A stretch of 64,000 bases of DNA from assembly GCA_963803975.1 (NCBI GenBank), contig CAWDOY010000017.1, forward strand, positions 649-64,648, read 5' to 3'. The notes below the pieces were generated by a model. The model was not told where the DNA came from, ran no database searches, and worked only from the letters and a program-made list of their open reading frames with translations. The position numbers were made by a program, and so were the translations under genes. This document shows, in pieces, positions 9,356 to 19,100 of the stretch. How positions within the stretch are numbered: position 1 is the stretch's first letter; every line of letters begins with the position of its first letter. The DNA comes from an uncultured delta proteobacterium (GTDB lineage: Bacteria; Desulfobacterota; WTBG01; CAIYCZ01).

Positions 9356-11344
9356 TTAAAAAAGCCGTAATATATAATTGACCGCTCCCCCAATAATAAC
9401 AGAAAAACCGCTAATTACAAGAAGCATGAATAATGCGCTCTTAACACCAAGCTCCCTGATCATGGTCATAATATTGGCAAAGCAGGGGAACAGGCAGGTG
9501 AGGACGATCGTGCCGACAATAGCCTGAACAGGATCAAGCTGGTGGTTGTGCGCCAGGTTCAGAAGAATTACCGCACCTGCTTCTTTCCGCGTCAGGCTCA
9601 GCAGAAAGGCATCAACAACCTGGACGGGAAGATTGAGGAATGTTGCAATAACGGGAAAGATAAGCCGCTTAATCATCGCCAGAATCTGGAGCTTGTCCAG
9701 GGCAAACAGAATGCAGGACCCGGCTATGAACAACGGCAACGCCTCCACCAGAAACCACTTAATGCGATAATAGGTTTTGGTGACGAGATTTTTCAGAATG
9801 GGAAGCCGTACCGGAGGGATTTCAAGAATAAAATCACTTGCCGTGTCCTGCCTGATGATCCGGTTGAGCAGCAGGCCGGAGACTATCTCCATAAGCGTGA
9901 GAACTGCGAGCACCGTCAGGAACGCGCTGAAGCGGTAGTATGACAGGATCGCCAGATTGATGCCGATCAGGGGCGCGCACGGGATAGCAAAGGCAATGAG
10001 AAAGATGGCAATGTAGCGCTCTTTTCGTGAATCAAGGATTTTGGTGGTGAGCGTGGCCATGGTTTTGCAGCCGAAGCCAAGGATAATCGGCAGCACCGCC
10101 TTGCCGCTCAATCCAACCCGGTGAAAGAGCCGGTTGCTCAGCACGCACAAATTGGCAATGTAGCCGACATCTTCCAGGAAGTTTAACACCAGGAAAAAAA
10201 GCGTTAGTATTGGAAGCACCGTGCCCACCGCGTTGGCCACACCGGTGGTCAGTATCCCGTAGGGGCCGACCATGAATTCGCGCGCCGGCTCCCACGGGAT
10301 CATGCTGCCCAGCGCGCTGTTGAGCGGCACAAAAATCCGCTCGTCAAGCAGCGGCACGATCATCCCCGCGCCCACGCTGCCCACGATGAAGTAGGTGCCG
10401 TAAACAATCGCCGCCATGATAAACCACCCCCAGACCGGGTGCCGCGCCAGCGAGCCGATGATTTCTCCGGTCCGGTTCGGGGCATGAGCGCGCGTCCTGA
10501 CTACTTCACGGGAAATCCTCTCAGCCCAGCGGGTGCGCTTTTCAAGAATGAGCCGTGCCAGCGGTTGCCGGATCCGGTGCCGGACATTTTCCGCAACGGT
10601 TCCTGCCTCTGCTGCAAGCGTGTCCCCATAGGTTGCGCGTATATCCCGCTCTACAAACTGGTCCTGCTGGAGCAGCAGCAGCACGACCGCCTCGGATGGT
10701 GCCGCAGCTGCAGGGAAGCAGCGCACGATCTCGCGCACACCCTTCTCGATAGCGGCTGTATAGTGAATCGTATTCCGGGATAGTGCTGCCTGGGGAATCT
10801 TTTTGAGGAGCTGTTTTATACCATGTCCCTCGCTGGCAACGGTTTCCACGACCGGCACGCCCAGCAGCTGCTCCAGTTTCTCGCGGTTCAGGTGAATGCC
10901 TTTCAGCTGTGACTCATCGATCATGTTCAGGCACACGATTACCGGGACGCCGAGCTCAAAGATCTGGGACGCCAGTATCAGGGAGCGCTGGAGGTTGTTG
11001 GTATCAAGACAAAGAATGATCAGTTCCGGCTGCTCCTGCAGGAGAATCTCCCTGGTTACCATGCCGTCTTCTGACAGCATATCAAGCGCGAGTATCCCCG
11101 GAGTATCGATAATTTCCAAGGTAACCCCGGCGATGGCAACGTCGGCACGCGCCACGGTTATGGTGGTGTAGGGAAAGTTTGCAACCAGCGAGTATGCTTT
11201 GGTGAGCTGGTTAAAAAGCGTGCTTTTCCCGACATTCGGATTGCCGACAATGGCGGCCTTTTTTTTATGAGGGGCTGCGGTGCTTGGTGACAATGTTATA
11301 TCCTGCTGGAGTGACTGATCGTTCCTTCGCTTACAATTAACCAT
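9356..11344 (-). CDS. feoB: ferrous iron transport protein B
   Basis: G-domain IVGNPNVGKSTLFNQLT.. DTPG.. followed by large polytopic membrane domain, 662 aa. Confidence 0.9.
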   Translation of the reverse strand: MVNCKRRNDQSLQQDITLSPSTAAPHKKKAAIVGNPNVGKSTLFNQLTKAYSLVANFPYTTITVARADVAIAGVTLEIIDTPGILALDMLSEDGMVTREILLQEQPELIILCLDTNNLQRSLILASQIFELGVPVIVCLNMIDESQLKGIHLNREKLEQLLGVPVVETVASEGHGIKQLLKKIPQAALSRNTIHYTAAIEKGVREIVRCFPAAAAPSEAVVLLLLQQDQFVERDIRATYGDTLAAEAGTVAENVRHRIRQPLARLILEKRTRWAERISREVVRTRAHAPNRTGEIIGSLARHPVWGWFIMAAIVYGTYFIVGSVGAGMIVPLLDERIFVPLNSALGSMIPWEPAREFMVGPYGILTTGVANAVGTVLPILTLFFLVLNFLEDVGYIANLCVLSNRLFHRVGLSGKAVLPIILGFGCKTMATLTTKILDSRKERYIAIFLIAFAIPCAPLIGINLAILSYYRFSAFLTVLAVLTLMEIVSGLLLNRIIRQDTASDFILEIPPVRLPILKNLVTKTYYRIKWFLVEALPLFIAGSCILFALDKLQILAMIKRLIFPVIATFLNLPVQVVDAFLLSLTRKEAGAVILLNLAHNHQLDPVQAIVGTIVLTCLFPCFANIMTMIRELGVKSALFMLLVISGFSVIIGGAVNYILRLF

Positions 11345-11488
11345 GATTGGCTGTCATGAGTCAATATGATTTGGCCGTCCGCGGGCAAAAGGTTTTTTCT
11401 TTTTGCAGGACATGGTGAAATATGTTATTTTTAAAAAATTCACGGCCATAACTTATGGTACATCTTTTACCGCACGGAAGGCTCCCGC

Positions 11489-12823
11489 ATGAAACTGACA
11501 ATCGCCAGGAAGCTGCTTGCAGCCTACCTGCTCATGGCGCTTCTGACCATCCTGGTTGGTTCCTATGCACTGTTCAGCCTGCAGCATTTGAATGAGCTTG
11601 CCTACACGATTATTAAGAAGGATTTTTTCGTAATCTATCACGGCCGGCAGATGCTGGACAGCCTGCTGGCTCAGGAGCGCAGCGAAAAGAAGTTTATTAT
11701 CTTACAGGACCCCGCCCTTGCAGAACTCTACCGGGCGCGAAGCTCTGCCGTCAAAGAGGGCATTGCCAAGCTGCAGAAAGTCAGCGACCCGGCGGTGGAA
11801 AAGCTCCTGTTCCGGATCAGGGTGCTGCATGAGGAAGGTGACCTGTTGTTTCAGCGTGAGACCGAGCTTATAAAAGCACAGCAGGCGGACGAGGCAACAC
11901 GGCTTTCGGAAGGCAGCGTCAGGGAAAAGACCGAACAGCTGGCCGCATTGATGCGCGAACTGCAGAAGCAGGCGGAAAGCGATGTTGATCAGAAGATGAA
12001 TCTTATCAGGAGCCGCGGCGCCAGCGCTGCAACCGTTACTACCGTGCTGTTTCTTCTCAGCCTGGGCGGCGGCATCGGACTGGCGCTGTTTGTTACCTAT
12101 ACCATCTCCCGGCCGCTGGGAAAGCTTAAAAAAGCAACCGGCTTTATTGCCGACGGCAACTTTGATTATGCGGATCTCAACATTAATCACCACGACGAGA
12201 TCGGAGAACTGGCAAAGCGCTTCCGGGTAATGGCCAGCCGCTTGAAGATGCTCGAGCAGCTGAACCTTGATGCGAGCCCGCTGACCCGCCTCCCCGGCAA
12301 TATTGCCATAGAGCAGCAGATTGAAAAGCGCCTGGCTGAGAAAAAGCCGTTCTCCCTCTGCCATGCAGACCTGGACAATTTCAAGCCGTTTGCAGACAAG
12401 TACGGCTACGCCTGGGCCAGCGAGGTAATAAAGGCAGTGGCTGAAATTCTCCTTGGCGCGCTGAAAACATCAGGGCGTGACAGCGATTTTATCGGTCACA
12501 TCGGGGGCGATGATTTTGTCATTATAACCGCGCCCGTTCGTGCTGAGCAGATCTGCCAGCATGTGGTTGGCGAGTTTGACCGGCGGATTGTGAGCTTTTA
12601 CGAAAGCCGGGACCGGACGTCGGGATTTATAATCGGAAAAGACCGGAGGGGAAACGTGCAGCAATTCCCGCTTATGACCATCTCCATTGGTATTGTCACT
12701 GATGACGGCTCCCGCTTTGAAAGCCCGCTGGCGATGGCACGCATGGCAGCTGATTTGAAAGAGTATGCAAAGGCCCATCCCATCAGCAACTATGTGAAAC
12801 AGGAAGATGTGCAACAACACTGA
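11489..12823 (+). CDS. membrane sensor with HAMP and GGDEF-type domains (variant GGDDF motif)
   Basis: N-terminal TM, second TM ~res 180-200 followed by HAMP; C-terminal LTRLPGN...LCHADLDNFKPFADKYGYAWASEV...GHIGGDDFVI resembles diguanylate cyclase fold with E->D in GG[DE]EF. Confidence 0.7.
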   Translation: MKLTIARKLLAAYLLMALLTILVGSYALFSLQHLNELAYTIIKKDFFVIYHGRQMLDSLLAQERSEKKFIILQDPALAELYRARSSAVKEGIAKLQKVSDPAVEKLLFRIRVLHEEGDLLFQRETELIKAQQADEATRLSEGSVREKTEQLAALMRELQKQAESDVDQKMNLIRSRGASAATVTTVLFLLSLGGGIGLALFVTYTISRPLGKLKKATGFIADGNFDYADLNINHHDEIGELAKRFRVMASRLKMLEQLNLDASPLTRLPGNIAIEQQIEKRLAEKKPFSLCHADLDNFKPFADKYGYAWASEVIKAVAEILLGALKTSGRDSDFIGHIGGDDFVIITAPVRAEQICQHVVGEFDRRIVSFYESRDRTSGFIIGKDRRGNVQQFPLMTISIGIVTDDGSRFESPLAMARMAADLKEYAKAHPISNYVKQEDVQQH

Positions 12824-12842
12824 TTCCCGGAGAAATTCTGCT

Positions 12843-13286
12843 ATGCGGTCACCTGCTGAAAAATTATGTGTTCTGCTGCTTATCATAGTACTGACCGGTG
12901 CCTGCGCCGTGATCAGGCCCCCTGGAAAAAAGACGGTGCCCTATCCTGCCGGCCCCATAGTGCCCGGGGTCCCGTCCGATGAAGACCTGTTTCTGCTCGG
13001 CACCTCATACCTGGGAAACGCTGAGCTGCACCCTGACTACTTCAATGCCCGCGTGGCGTTTGAAAAGCTGGTCAAGACCTATCCCGGCAGCAGGAGGCGG
13101 CAGACCTCGGCGCAGTTTATCCGGCTCATAGATGAACTCCAGACAATGCAGAAGAACAGCTCTGCCGGAGACACGGGCGCGCAGCAGGAGCAGCTTATAA
13201 GCGAAAATGTCAGATTAAAAAAAGACCTTGAGCGGCTGAAGCAGCTGGAAATAGAATCTGAGAAGAGGGACAGGAAGCTCAGGTGA
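12843..13286 (+). CDS. lipoprotein with C-terminal coiled-coil (hypothetical)
   Basis: MRSPAEKLCVLLLIIVLTGAC lipobox-like; charged heptad-like C-terminus; start chosen at internal ATG. Confidence 0.45.
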   Translation: MRSPAEKLCVLLLIIVLTGACAVIRPPGKKTVPYPAGPIVPGVPSDEDLFLLGTSYLGNAELHPDYFNARVAFEKLVKTYPGSRRRQTSAQFIRLIDELQTMQKNSSAGDTGAQQEQLISENVRLKKDLERLKQLEIESEKRDRKLR

Positions 13287-13523
13287 GATGCAGTACAAAC
13301 TCTTTACGTTGTGAATCGAAATCAGCTCCCGACACATTCCTTTGTTCCTTCAAAACCTCCCGGGCAAGAACTGATACGAGTGTCGCTGCGCTCTGTTTCT
13401 CCCCGTTAAAAAACTGCCTTCTATTGATTATTCCGGTGAACTCCTCCGCGGATAATTGCCTTCTGCTTTATAAAGAATCGCCCCGCGGCATAGGCTGTGG
13501 GGATGAAAACAGTTTCTTTTCAT

Positions 13524-13556
13524 AAAAAAAGGCCACCTTTATACGGTGGCCTTTTC
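13524..13556. terminator. bidirectional rho-independent terminator (GGCCACC-loop-GGTGGCC flanked by A7 and T4)
   Basis: Seen directly: aaaaaaaggccacctttatacggtggcctttt between convergent genes 12843..13286(+) and 13591..14586(-). Confidence 0.6.
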
Positions 13557-13590
13557 AGCAATCATCCTGACTTCTATTTTATATTCCCGT

Positions 13591-14586
13591 TTAGAAAGCG
13601 AAACTTGTTCTCAGTCCAACCATGGGCGTCTGATCATATTTTTCTTCTGCCAGGGCCTGGCCGTTTCTGTTTTCAACTTTCAGCTTGCCGCTGAAGGCCA
13701 TACCGGCATACCCTTCAACCCCAATCTTATCGGTGATGTCATAGCAGGCCTTTGCATAGGCAACAGCAAATTTATCCGAGGCAACTGCCGGTGTGTAACG
13801 CTCGTGTCTACGTCCGGATTCGTTTGCAAGCCGGAACCGCTTATACTGCTGCTGCACCCCTGAAGAAAGCGTCAGCTTCTCGATAGGATTCCAGTTGACA
13901 TCCATCCCGTACCCTGCGGATGATCCGAGATCTGTGAATCCGGCATGCAGTTTCCACTGTTCAGCAAACATCCAGTCCAGTCTGACCAGGGGCACTACTG
14001 CCACCGGGTCTTCAATCCGGCTCACTACCGCGAGTCCTGCGCCTGCGGTCAGGGTCGGGCTGAAAACATAGTCAAATCCGGCAGCGCCGCCGCCTGAAAA
14101 CGTTCTACCGATACTTGAGCCTTCCTCGGCTCCTACATTAATTATCGGCCCGCCATAGAAACTCCACTTTTCATCCATCTGCTGGAATCTAAGCAAAGAG
14201 GTGAGCGTTACCAGATGGACTTTGTTCCAGTCAAAGCGGTTGCTCCGCCAGAAACCTCTGCGATTATTATTTTGCATCTGATAGATGTTATATTCATAGC
14301 TCATGGCTGTATCCAGCGAGTAACAGGGGTTTAGCTGAAGATGGTTGGAAGCCTTTACACCGGTACTTTGAACATTAAAACTCCCGCTGCCGCCTTTAAT
14401 ATCGGTTTTGATACGATGGCTGTAGCCCACATCAATTTTAAAAGGGCTTTTTTGTTCGATTGGCTGACCCGTGGTAGTGTCAGCTACGGGGGTAATGGTT
14501 TGGGCGAATGCCGGGAATGAAAAAAGCATTGCTGCCGCAATTGTGAGGGTTACGAATTTCGCTTGCTTTGGTAGTTTTTTCATCAT
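13591..14586 (-). CDS. outer-membrane beta-barrel protein (signal peptide, C-terminal Phe)
   Basis: Signal peptide MMKKLPKQAKFVTLTIAAAMLFSFPAFAQ; alternating beta-strand pattern; ends ...LRTSFAF. Confidence 0.55.
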   Translation of the reverse strand: MMKKLPKQAKFVTLTIAAAMLFSFPAFAQTITPVADTTTGQPIEQKSPFKIDVGYSHRIKTDIKGGSGSFNVQSTGVKASNHLQLNPCYSLDTAMSYEYNIYQMQNNNRRGFWRSNRFDWNKVHLVTLTSLLRFQQMDEKWSFYGGPIINVGAEEGSSIGRTFSGGGAAGFDYVFSPTLTAGAGLAVVSRIEDPVAVVPLVRLDWMFAEQWKLHAGFTDLGSSAGYGMDVNWNPIEKLTLSSGVQQQYKRFRLANESGRRHERYTPAVASDKFAVAYAKACYDITDKIGVEGYAGMAFSGKLKVENRNGQALAEEKYDQTPMVGLRTSFAF

Positions 14587-14835
14587 CTTGTTTCCTTTGT
14601 GCTTGGTTAATAATATTGTTTCAGTTAATTAAATTATTACCTTTTTCATTTTGCATATAAGTTATAAAAATTATTGCCTTGTTTGTCAAGGCGTTTTTTC
14701 TATTATCCTTTTTTGATTCTGACCAGGCGGTGCTGCGCACCCCCCATAAAAAGATAGTCCAGATATCGGCATAGTACTCCAATATCTGGACAATTTTCTT
14801 CGGAAAAAATATAAAACAAATTAAATTTCAGATAC

Positions 14836-15453
14836 TTATTTCTTGTTACCGTGGACCTCATCCATCCTCAAGCGCAGCCGCTGCGCCCAGAACTTGAAGG
14901 CATCCTCGGCTGTGCTGAACCGGCGCAGGCTCTCAAGCCTGGTTCCGGTTCTCTGGTCAACCCCAGCTGCGATGCGCTGGCCTGTCACAGAGTCGAGAGA
15001 CTCAAACTCCATACTTATTTCACCTAAGCCAGGCCCCTTCCCGGTCATGATGCTTTTGAGACTTCTTTTGGGCAGCTCCAAGTTTGTTATAGCGACCCGT
15101 AACCGCATAACATCCGGCCCCGGCTCCTCTACCAGAGGATAGGCTCCGCTCAACGCATCCTTTGCCGCCTGGTGAAATTTGTGTGACAGCTCAGCCATTT
15201 CAATGGGGTCAATGCCCTTCTCTGCCGCGTCGTCCTTGAAATAGAAGACCACATGGTCCATCATGATCTTGCTGTATTTCTTATAATCAACCCCTTCCTT
15301 CCGGTATACCTTGGCGACCCCGCCTTTAGGACCGGGTTTCAGCTGGGAATAATCCACGAGAAATCCTGAATACTCCTGTTTGGCCTGGGCCGCGCCGGCA
15401 AGCAGGAACAGGCTGACGACCATGATATTTAAAATTTTCAGTACACTCCGCAT
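14836..15453 (-). CDS. secreted hypothetical protein (possible DUF3313-like lipoprotein)
   Basis: Signal peptide MRSVLKILNIMVVSLFLLAGAAQA from internal start; no firm family. Confidence 0.45.
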   Translation of the reverse strand: MRSVLKILNIMVVSLFLLAGAAQAKQEYSGFLVDYSQLKPGPKGGVAKVYRKEGVDYKKYSKIMMDHVVFYFKDDAAEKGIDPIEMAELSHKFHQAAKDALSGAYPLVEEPGPDVMRLRVAITNLELPKRSLKSIMTGKGPGLGEISMEFESLDSVTGQRIAAGVDQRTGTRLESLRRFSTAEDAFKFWAQRLRLRMDEVHGNKK

Positions 15454-16074
15454 ATAGACCTCCGGTATTTGAATCAGTGAACAGTAATCAGTTAACAAAC
15501 TCCAGCACTCGTAACTCCTTAACTCTTCCAACTCGTAACCTCTGTGGTTCATACATACCCTTAATTAAAACCCGGTTTCTATATATATATTTAAGCTGCT
15601 CAGATGTCCATTGATAAAAGCACTAAAAAAACAGAAGATGAATAGTCCGGCGGGTTATGAAGCAGTCAGGGTCGGTATTTTTAATTGTTTTAACCGGGCC
15701 GGTCATTTGCCTCTGTTTCTTATCTGTTTGTGCTGGTATTTTTTCTTTGTTTGCTATGCTTGAGAAAGGATTGCCCCCTGACTGTTCTGTTGCAGCCCCG
15801 AGGTGGAATTGTGGGGTGGAGCAGTACAGGTAAAGAATACATCCAAACAATAGCAAACAAACTTTACAGGGAGATGCAGGACGGTGAAATTTACAGGACT
15901 TAAAATTCCGAGAAAATAAGAAACCGGGTCCCCCATGCCCCCAGAATCCCGCTTCGCATTTTGCCGGGACATTTCCTGTTGACACCCTCAGTGCCCTCTG
16001 CCTATACTTTCATCAATACAAAAACCAGTTCTTAGCAATAATTTCACTATGTATTTTTAAGGACAGCACACGGT

Positions 16075-17199
16075 ATGGAAAAAACCGGGATAACGATAAT
16101 AGGGGCGGGGGCTGTAGGGCTTTCCGTTGCTTCATGCGTTGCGAATAAAGGAAGGAATGTGCTGTTGCTTGAGAGGCATGCATCTTTCGGGCAGGAGACA
16201 TCAAGCAGGAACAGCGAGGTGATTCACGCAAGTATTTATTATCCTCAAAATTCACTGAAAGGAAAGTTCTGTCTGGAGGGGAATGCGTTGATGTATGAGA
16301 TATGCGAAAAGCACAATATTCCCCACCGCAGGACCGGCAAGCTGATTGTTGCCGTGAGTGGAGAGGAAGAAGGAAACCTGCCGCAGCTGCTCGAAACAGC
16401 AAAGAATAACGGGGCCAGGGGTGTAAGAATTGTAAGCGCTGAGGAAATCAGAAAGCATGAACCGAAGGTATCGGCACGGGCGGCAATACTATGCCCCACA
16501 TCAGGGATTGTGGATTCGCACCATCTGATGAAATACTATGAACGGACCGCTCTATCGAACGGCGCCAGCATTGCCTACAATGTTGCGGTGAAGGCAATTG
16601 AAAAAATAAGCGGCGGCTATAGTGTGCGGGTGGCTGATACTGACAACAGGGATTTTGAATTTCAGACGAGGATTTTGATAAATTGTGCCGGGCTTGAATC
16701 GGGAAATGTATCGGCAATGCTTGGAATAGATATTGATAAAGCAGGGTACCGGATTAATTACTGCAAGGGCATGTATTTCCGGGTGGGCGGGGATATCAGC
16801 AGGTTTCCCAAAATGCTCATATATCCCGTGCCGCCCGCGCCGGGTTTTGTGGGGATTCACACGACGCCTGACCTTGGCGGCGGGATGCGGCTGGGACCCT
16901 ATGATGAATGGGTTGACACAATCGAATACACGGTTGATGAAACGCTCAGGGAGCTGTTTTTCAAGTCAACCGTATCCTTCCTGCCGTTTCTGAAAATGGA
17001 GCAGATCAATCCGGACACAGCGGGCCTCCACCCTAAAGTTCAGAAAAAGGGGGAGCCCATGAAGGATTTCGTAATCCGGCATGAGGCGGACAAAGGGCTG
17101 GAGAATTTTATTAATCTTGTCGGTATTGAATCGCCCGGGCTGACATCCTCACCCGCAATAGGGAGATATGTCGCGGGACTGGTGGCGGAGATATTCTGA
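16075..17199 (+). CDS. lhgO: L-2-hydroxyglutarate oxidase/dehydrogenase-like FAD-dependent oxidoreductase
   Basis: IIGAGAVGLSVA...NVLLLER...SSRNSEVIHASIYYPQNSLKGKFCLEGN closely parallels LhgO/YgaF N-terminus. Confidence 0.75.
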   Translation: MEKTGITIIGAGAVGLSVASCVANKGRNVLLLERHASFGQETSSRNSEVIHASIYYPQNSLKGKFCLEGNALMYEICEKHNIPHRRTGKLIVAVSGEEEGNLPQLLETAKNNGARGVRIVSAEEIRKHEPKVSARAAILCPTSGIVDSHHLMKYYERTALSNGASIAYNVAVKAIEKISGGYSVRVADTDNRDFEFQTRILINCAGLESGNVSAMLGIDIDKAGYRINYCKGMYFRVGGDISRFPKMLIYPVPPAPGFVGIHTTPDLGGGMRLGPYDEWVDTIEYTVDETLRELFFKSTVSFLPFLKMEQINPDTAGLHPKVQKKGEPMKDFVIRHEADKGLENFINLVGIESPGLTSSPAIGRYVAGLVAEIF

Positions 17200-17356
17200 G
17201 AAAAGTAAAAAAGGGAACAAGATGAAACCACAGAGACCGGAGAGAGGCAACAGGTAAAAAAGTGGTGAGTGATGAGTACCGAGTTCGGAGTAGCGGAGTA
17301 CAGGCTCCGGGTCACGGATACTGCTGTCCGTTGTTATTTCTTTTGCTGTCAGCATT

Positions 17357-18304
17357 GTGTATGCGGTCGAAAAAACTCCGGGTACAGGAAGCATTATGCA
17401 GCACACTACTATGCAAATCAATGGTATGGAACGCACCTTTGACGTATATGTTCCAGCAGGCGCGGGAACAAGTCCTCTTCCGCTTGTTTTCCTGCTGCAT
17501 GGCCATGGGGGCAGCGCAGGTCAGCTGACAGGCCGGAACGGGAATGTTGCACCGCACCGGGTCTGGCTTGAAATCGCGGAACGCGAAAAGCTTATTGTAG
17601 TTATTCCCCATGGAGCTTTGAGCCCTGACGGAAACCCGGGATGGAATGACTGCCGTGCGGACGCGGAATCCAATCCAAAAACAGATGACGTCAAATTCTT
17701 AAGCAAACTCATACAAACCGTGGCCGGGTCCCATGCAGTAGACCGCCGCCGTATTTTTGCTTCGGGAATTTCCAGTGGCGGCAACATGGCGCTTCGGCTC
17801 GCGCTTGAATTATCAGATCAGATTGCAGCTGTAGGGGTCGTTGCTTCCGCCATGCCCAAAGTCAACGCATGCGGCCCGCCCGCTCATCCGGTGTCGGTAC
17901 TGTTCATGAACGGAACTGCAGATCCGGTTCTTCCCTATGACGGGGGAGAAGTGGCAAAAGTCTGGGGTAAACGGGGGAGCGTGATTTCCACGGAGGCTTC
18001 CGTTCGCTACTGGATCACGCATAATCAAACAAAAACAGAGCCTGACGTGAAGCAGTTTCCAGCGCGAGGCCGGGGTGATCGCGGTTCAGTCACTCGCTAC
18101 CTCTACAGCGGGGGCAAAGGGGGTACAGAAGTCGTCCTCTATAAAATAGCAGGGGGAGGACATACTGAACCAAGCATCAAAGAGCAATATTCCGGGCCTT
18201 TTGAACTTGCTGTTGGCGCACAAAACAGCGATGTTGAGATGGCAGATGAGATATGGTGCTTTTTTAAAGACAAACAAAAAAAACAGGGGGAGCGCCCGTT
18301 TTAA
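17357..18304 (+). CDS. alpha/beta-hydrolase, PHB-depolymerase-family esterase
   Basis: GISSGG nucleophile elbow, LVFLLHGHGGS; family normally secreted; start codon uncertain (see findings). Confidence 0.65.
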   Translation: MYAVEKTPGTGSIMQHTTMQINGMERTFDVYVPAGAGTSPLPLVFLLHGHGGSAGQLTGRNGNVAPHRVWLEIAEREKLIVVIPHGALSPDGNPGWNDCRADAESNPKTDDVKFLSKLIQTVAGSHAVDRRRIFASGISSGGNMALRLALELSDQIAAVGVVASAMPKVNACGPPAHPVSVLFMNGTADPVLPYDGGEVAKVWGKRGSVISTEASVRYWITHNQTKTEPDVKQFPARGRGDRGSVTRYLYSGGKGGTEVVLYKIAGGGHTEPSIKEQYSGPFELAVGAQNSDVEMADEIWCFFKDKQKKQGERPF

Positions 18305-18334
18305 ACCAGCCTGCCCTTTGCGTATCTTGACCTG

Positions 18335-19012
18335 TTAGTCCGGCCGGGTTGCGACCCAGATGGTGTGCCGCCCTCCCTTGCCGCAGCCGCGCGCACTGAC
18401 GGTTTTCTCCTGAACCCTGAAGCCGGCATTGCGGAGCCGAAGGCTGAAAGCGCTGTCGGGGCCCGTGGACCACACGGTCAACACGCCCTGGCGTCTCAAG
18501 GCAGTGTAGATGACCGGCAGGCCCGTGTCGCAGTAGAGCCAGTCATTGCTTTTCTGCGTCAGGCTACGGGGATTGTTGTCAACATCAAGCATAACCGCAT
18601 CAAAGCCGCCCGGTTCGTTCTTCAACAGGATGCAGACGTCATGCTCCTGCACGGTAACACGGTTGTCGTCAAGCGGATGGCCGGCCAGTCCCCCCAGAAT
18701 GCCGCGGTTCCATTGCACCACCGCCGGCACCAGTTCGGCAACGATTACGCTGGCGTCGTCCCGAACTACTGACAAGGCCGCTGCCAGCGTATACCCCATG
18801 CCCAGCCCCCCGACAAGCACCCGCGCTTTGGCACGATTCGCGATGGGCGTGCAGGCAAGCTCAGCAAGCACTGCCTCAGAGCCGTGCATGCGGCTGGTCA
18901 TAAGCTCCTTTCCATCTAAAGAGATGAAAAAATCATCGCCGCGCTGATACAGCTGAAGCTCGCAGCTTTTGTCCGGGGTCGGCGCACTGTCAAGAAGCTT
19001 TCGGGGTATCAT
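18335..19012 (-). CDS. spermidine-synthase-family (short PABS-like methyltransferase-fold) protein
   Basis: VLVGGLGMGYTLAAAL ... DAVMLDVDNNP pattern of short spermine/spermidine synthase-like proteins. Confidence 0.5.
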   Translation of the reverse strand: MIPRKLLDSAPTPDKSCELQLYQRGDDFFISLDGKELMTSRMHGSEAVLAELACTPIANRAKARVLVGGLGMGYTLAAALSVVRDDASVIVAELVPAVVQWNRGILGGLAGHPLDDNRVTVQEHDVCILLKNEPGGFDAVMLDVDNNPRSLTQKSNDWLYCDTGLPVIYTALRRQGVLTVWSTGPDSAFSLRLRNAGFRVQEKTVSARGCGKGGRHTIWVATRPD

Positions 19013-19100
19013 AGGGGCCTTGGGTTTTTAGTTTATCTGACGGGGACGACGAGGAGTGGTTTGACCAAGCAGTCGGAGAGAATAGAATAAGCGAAGTTGC

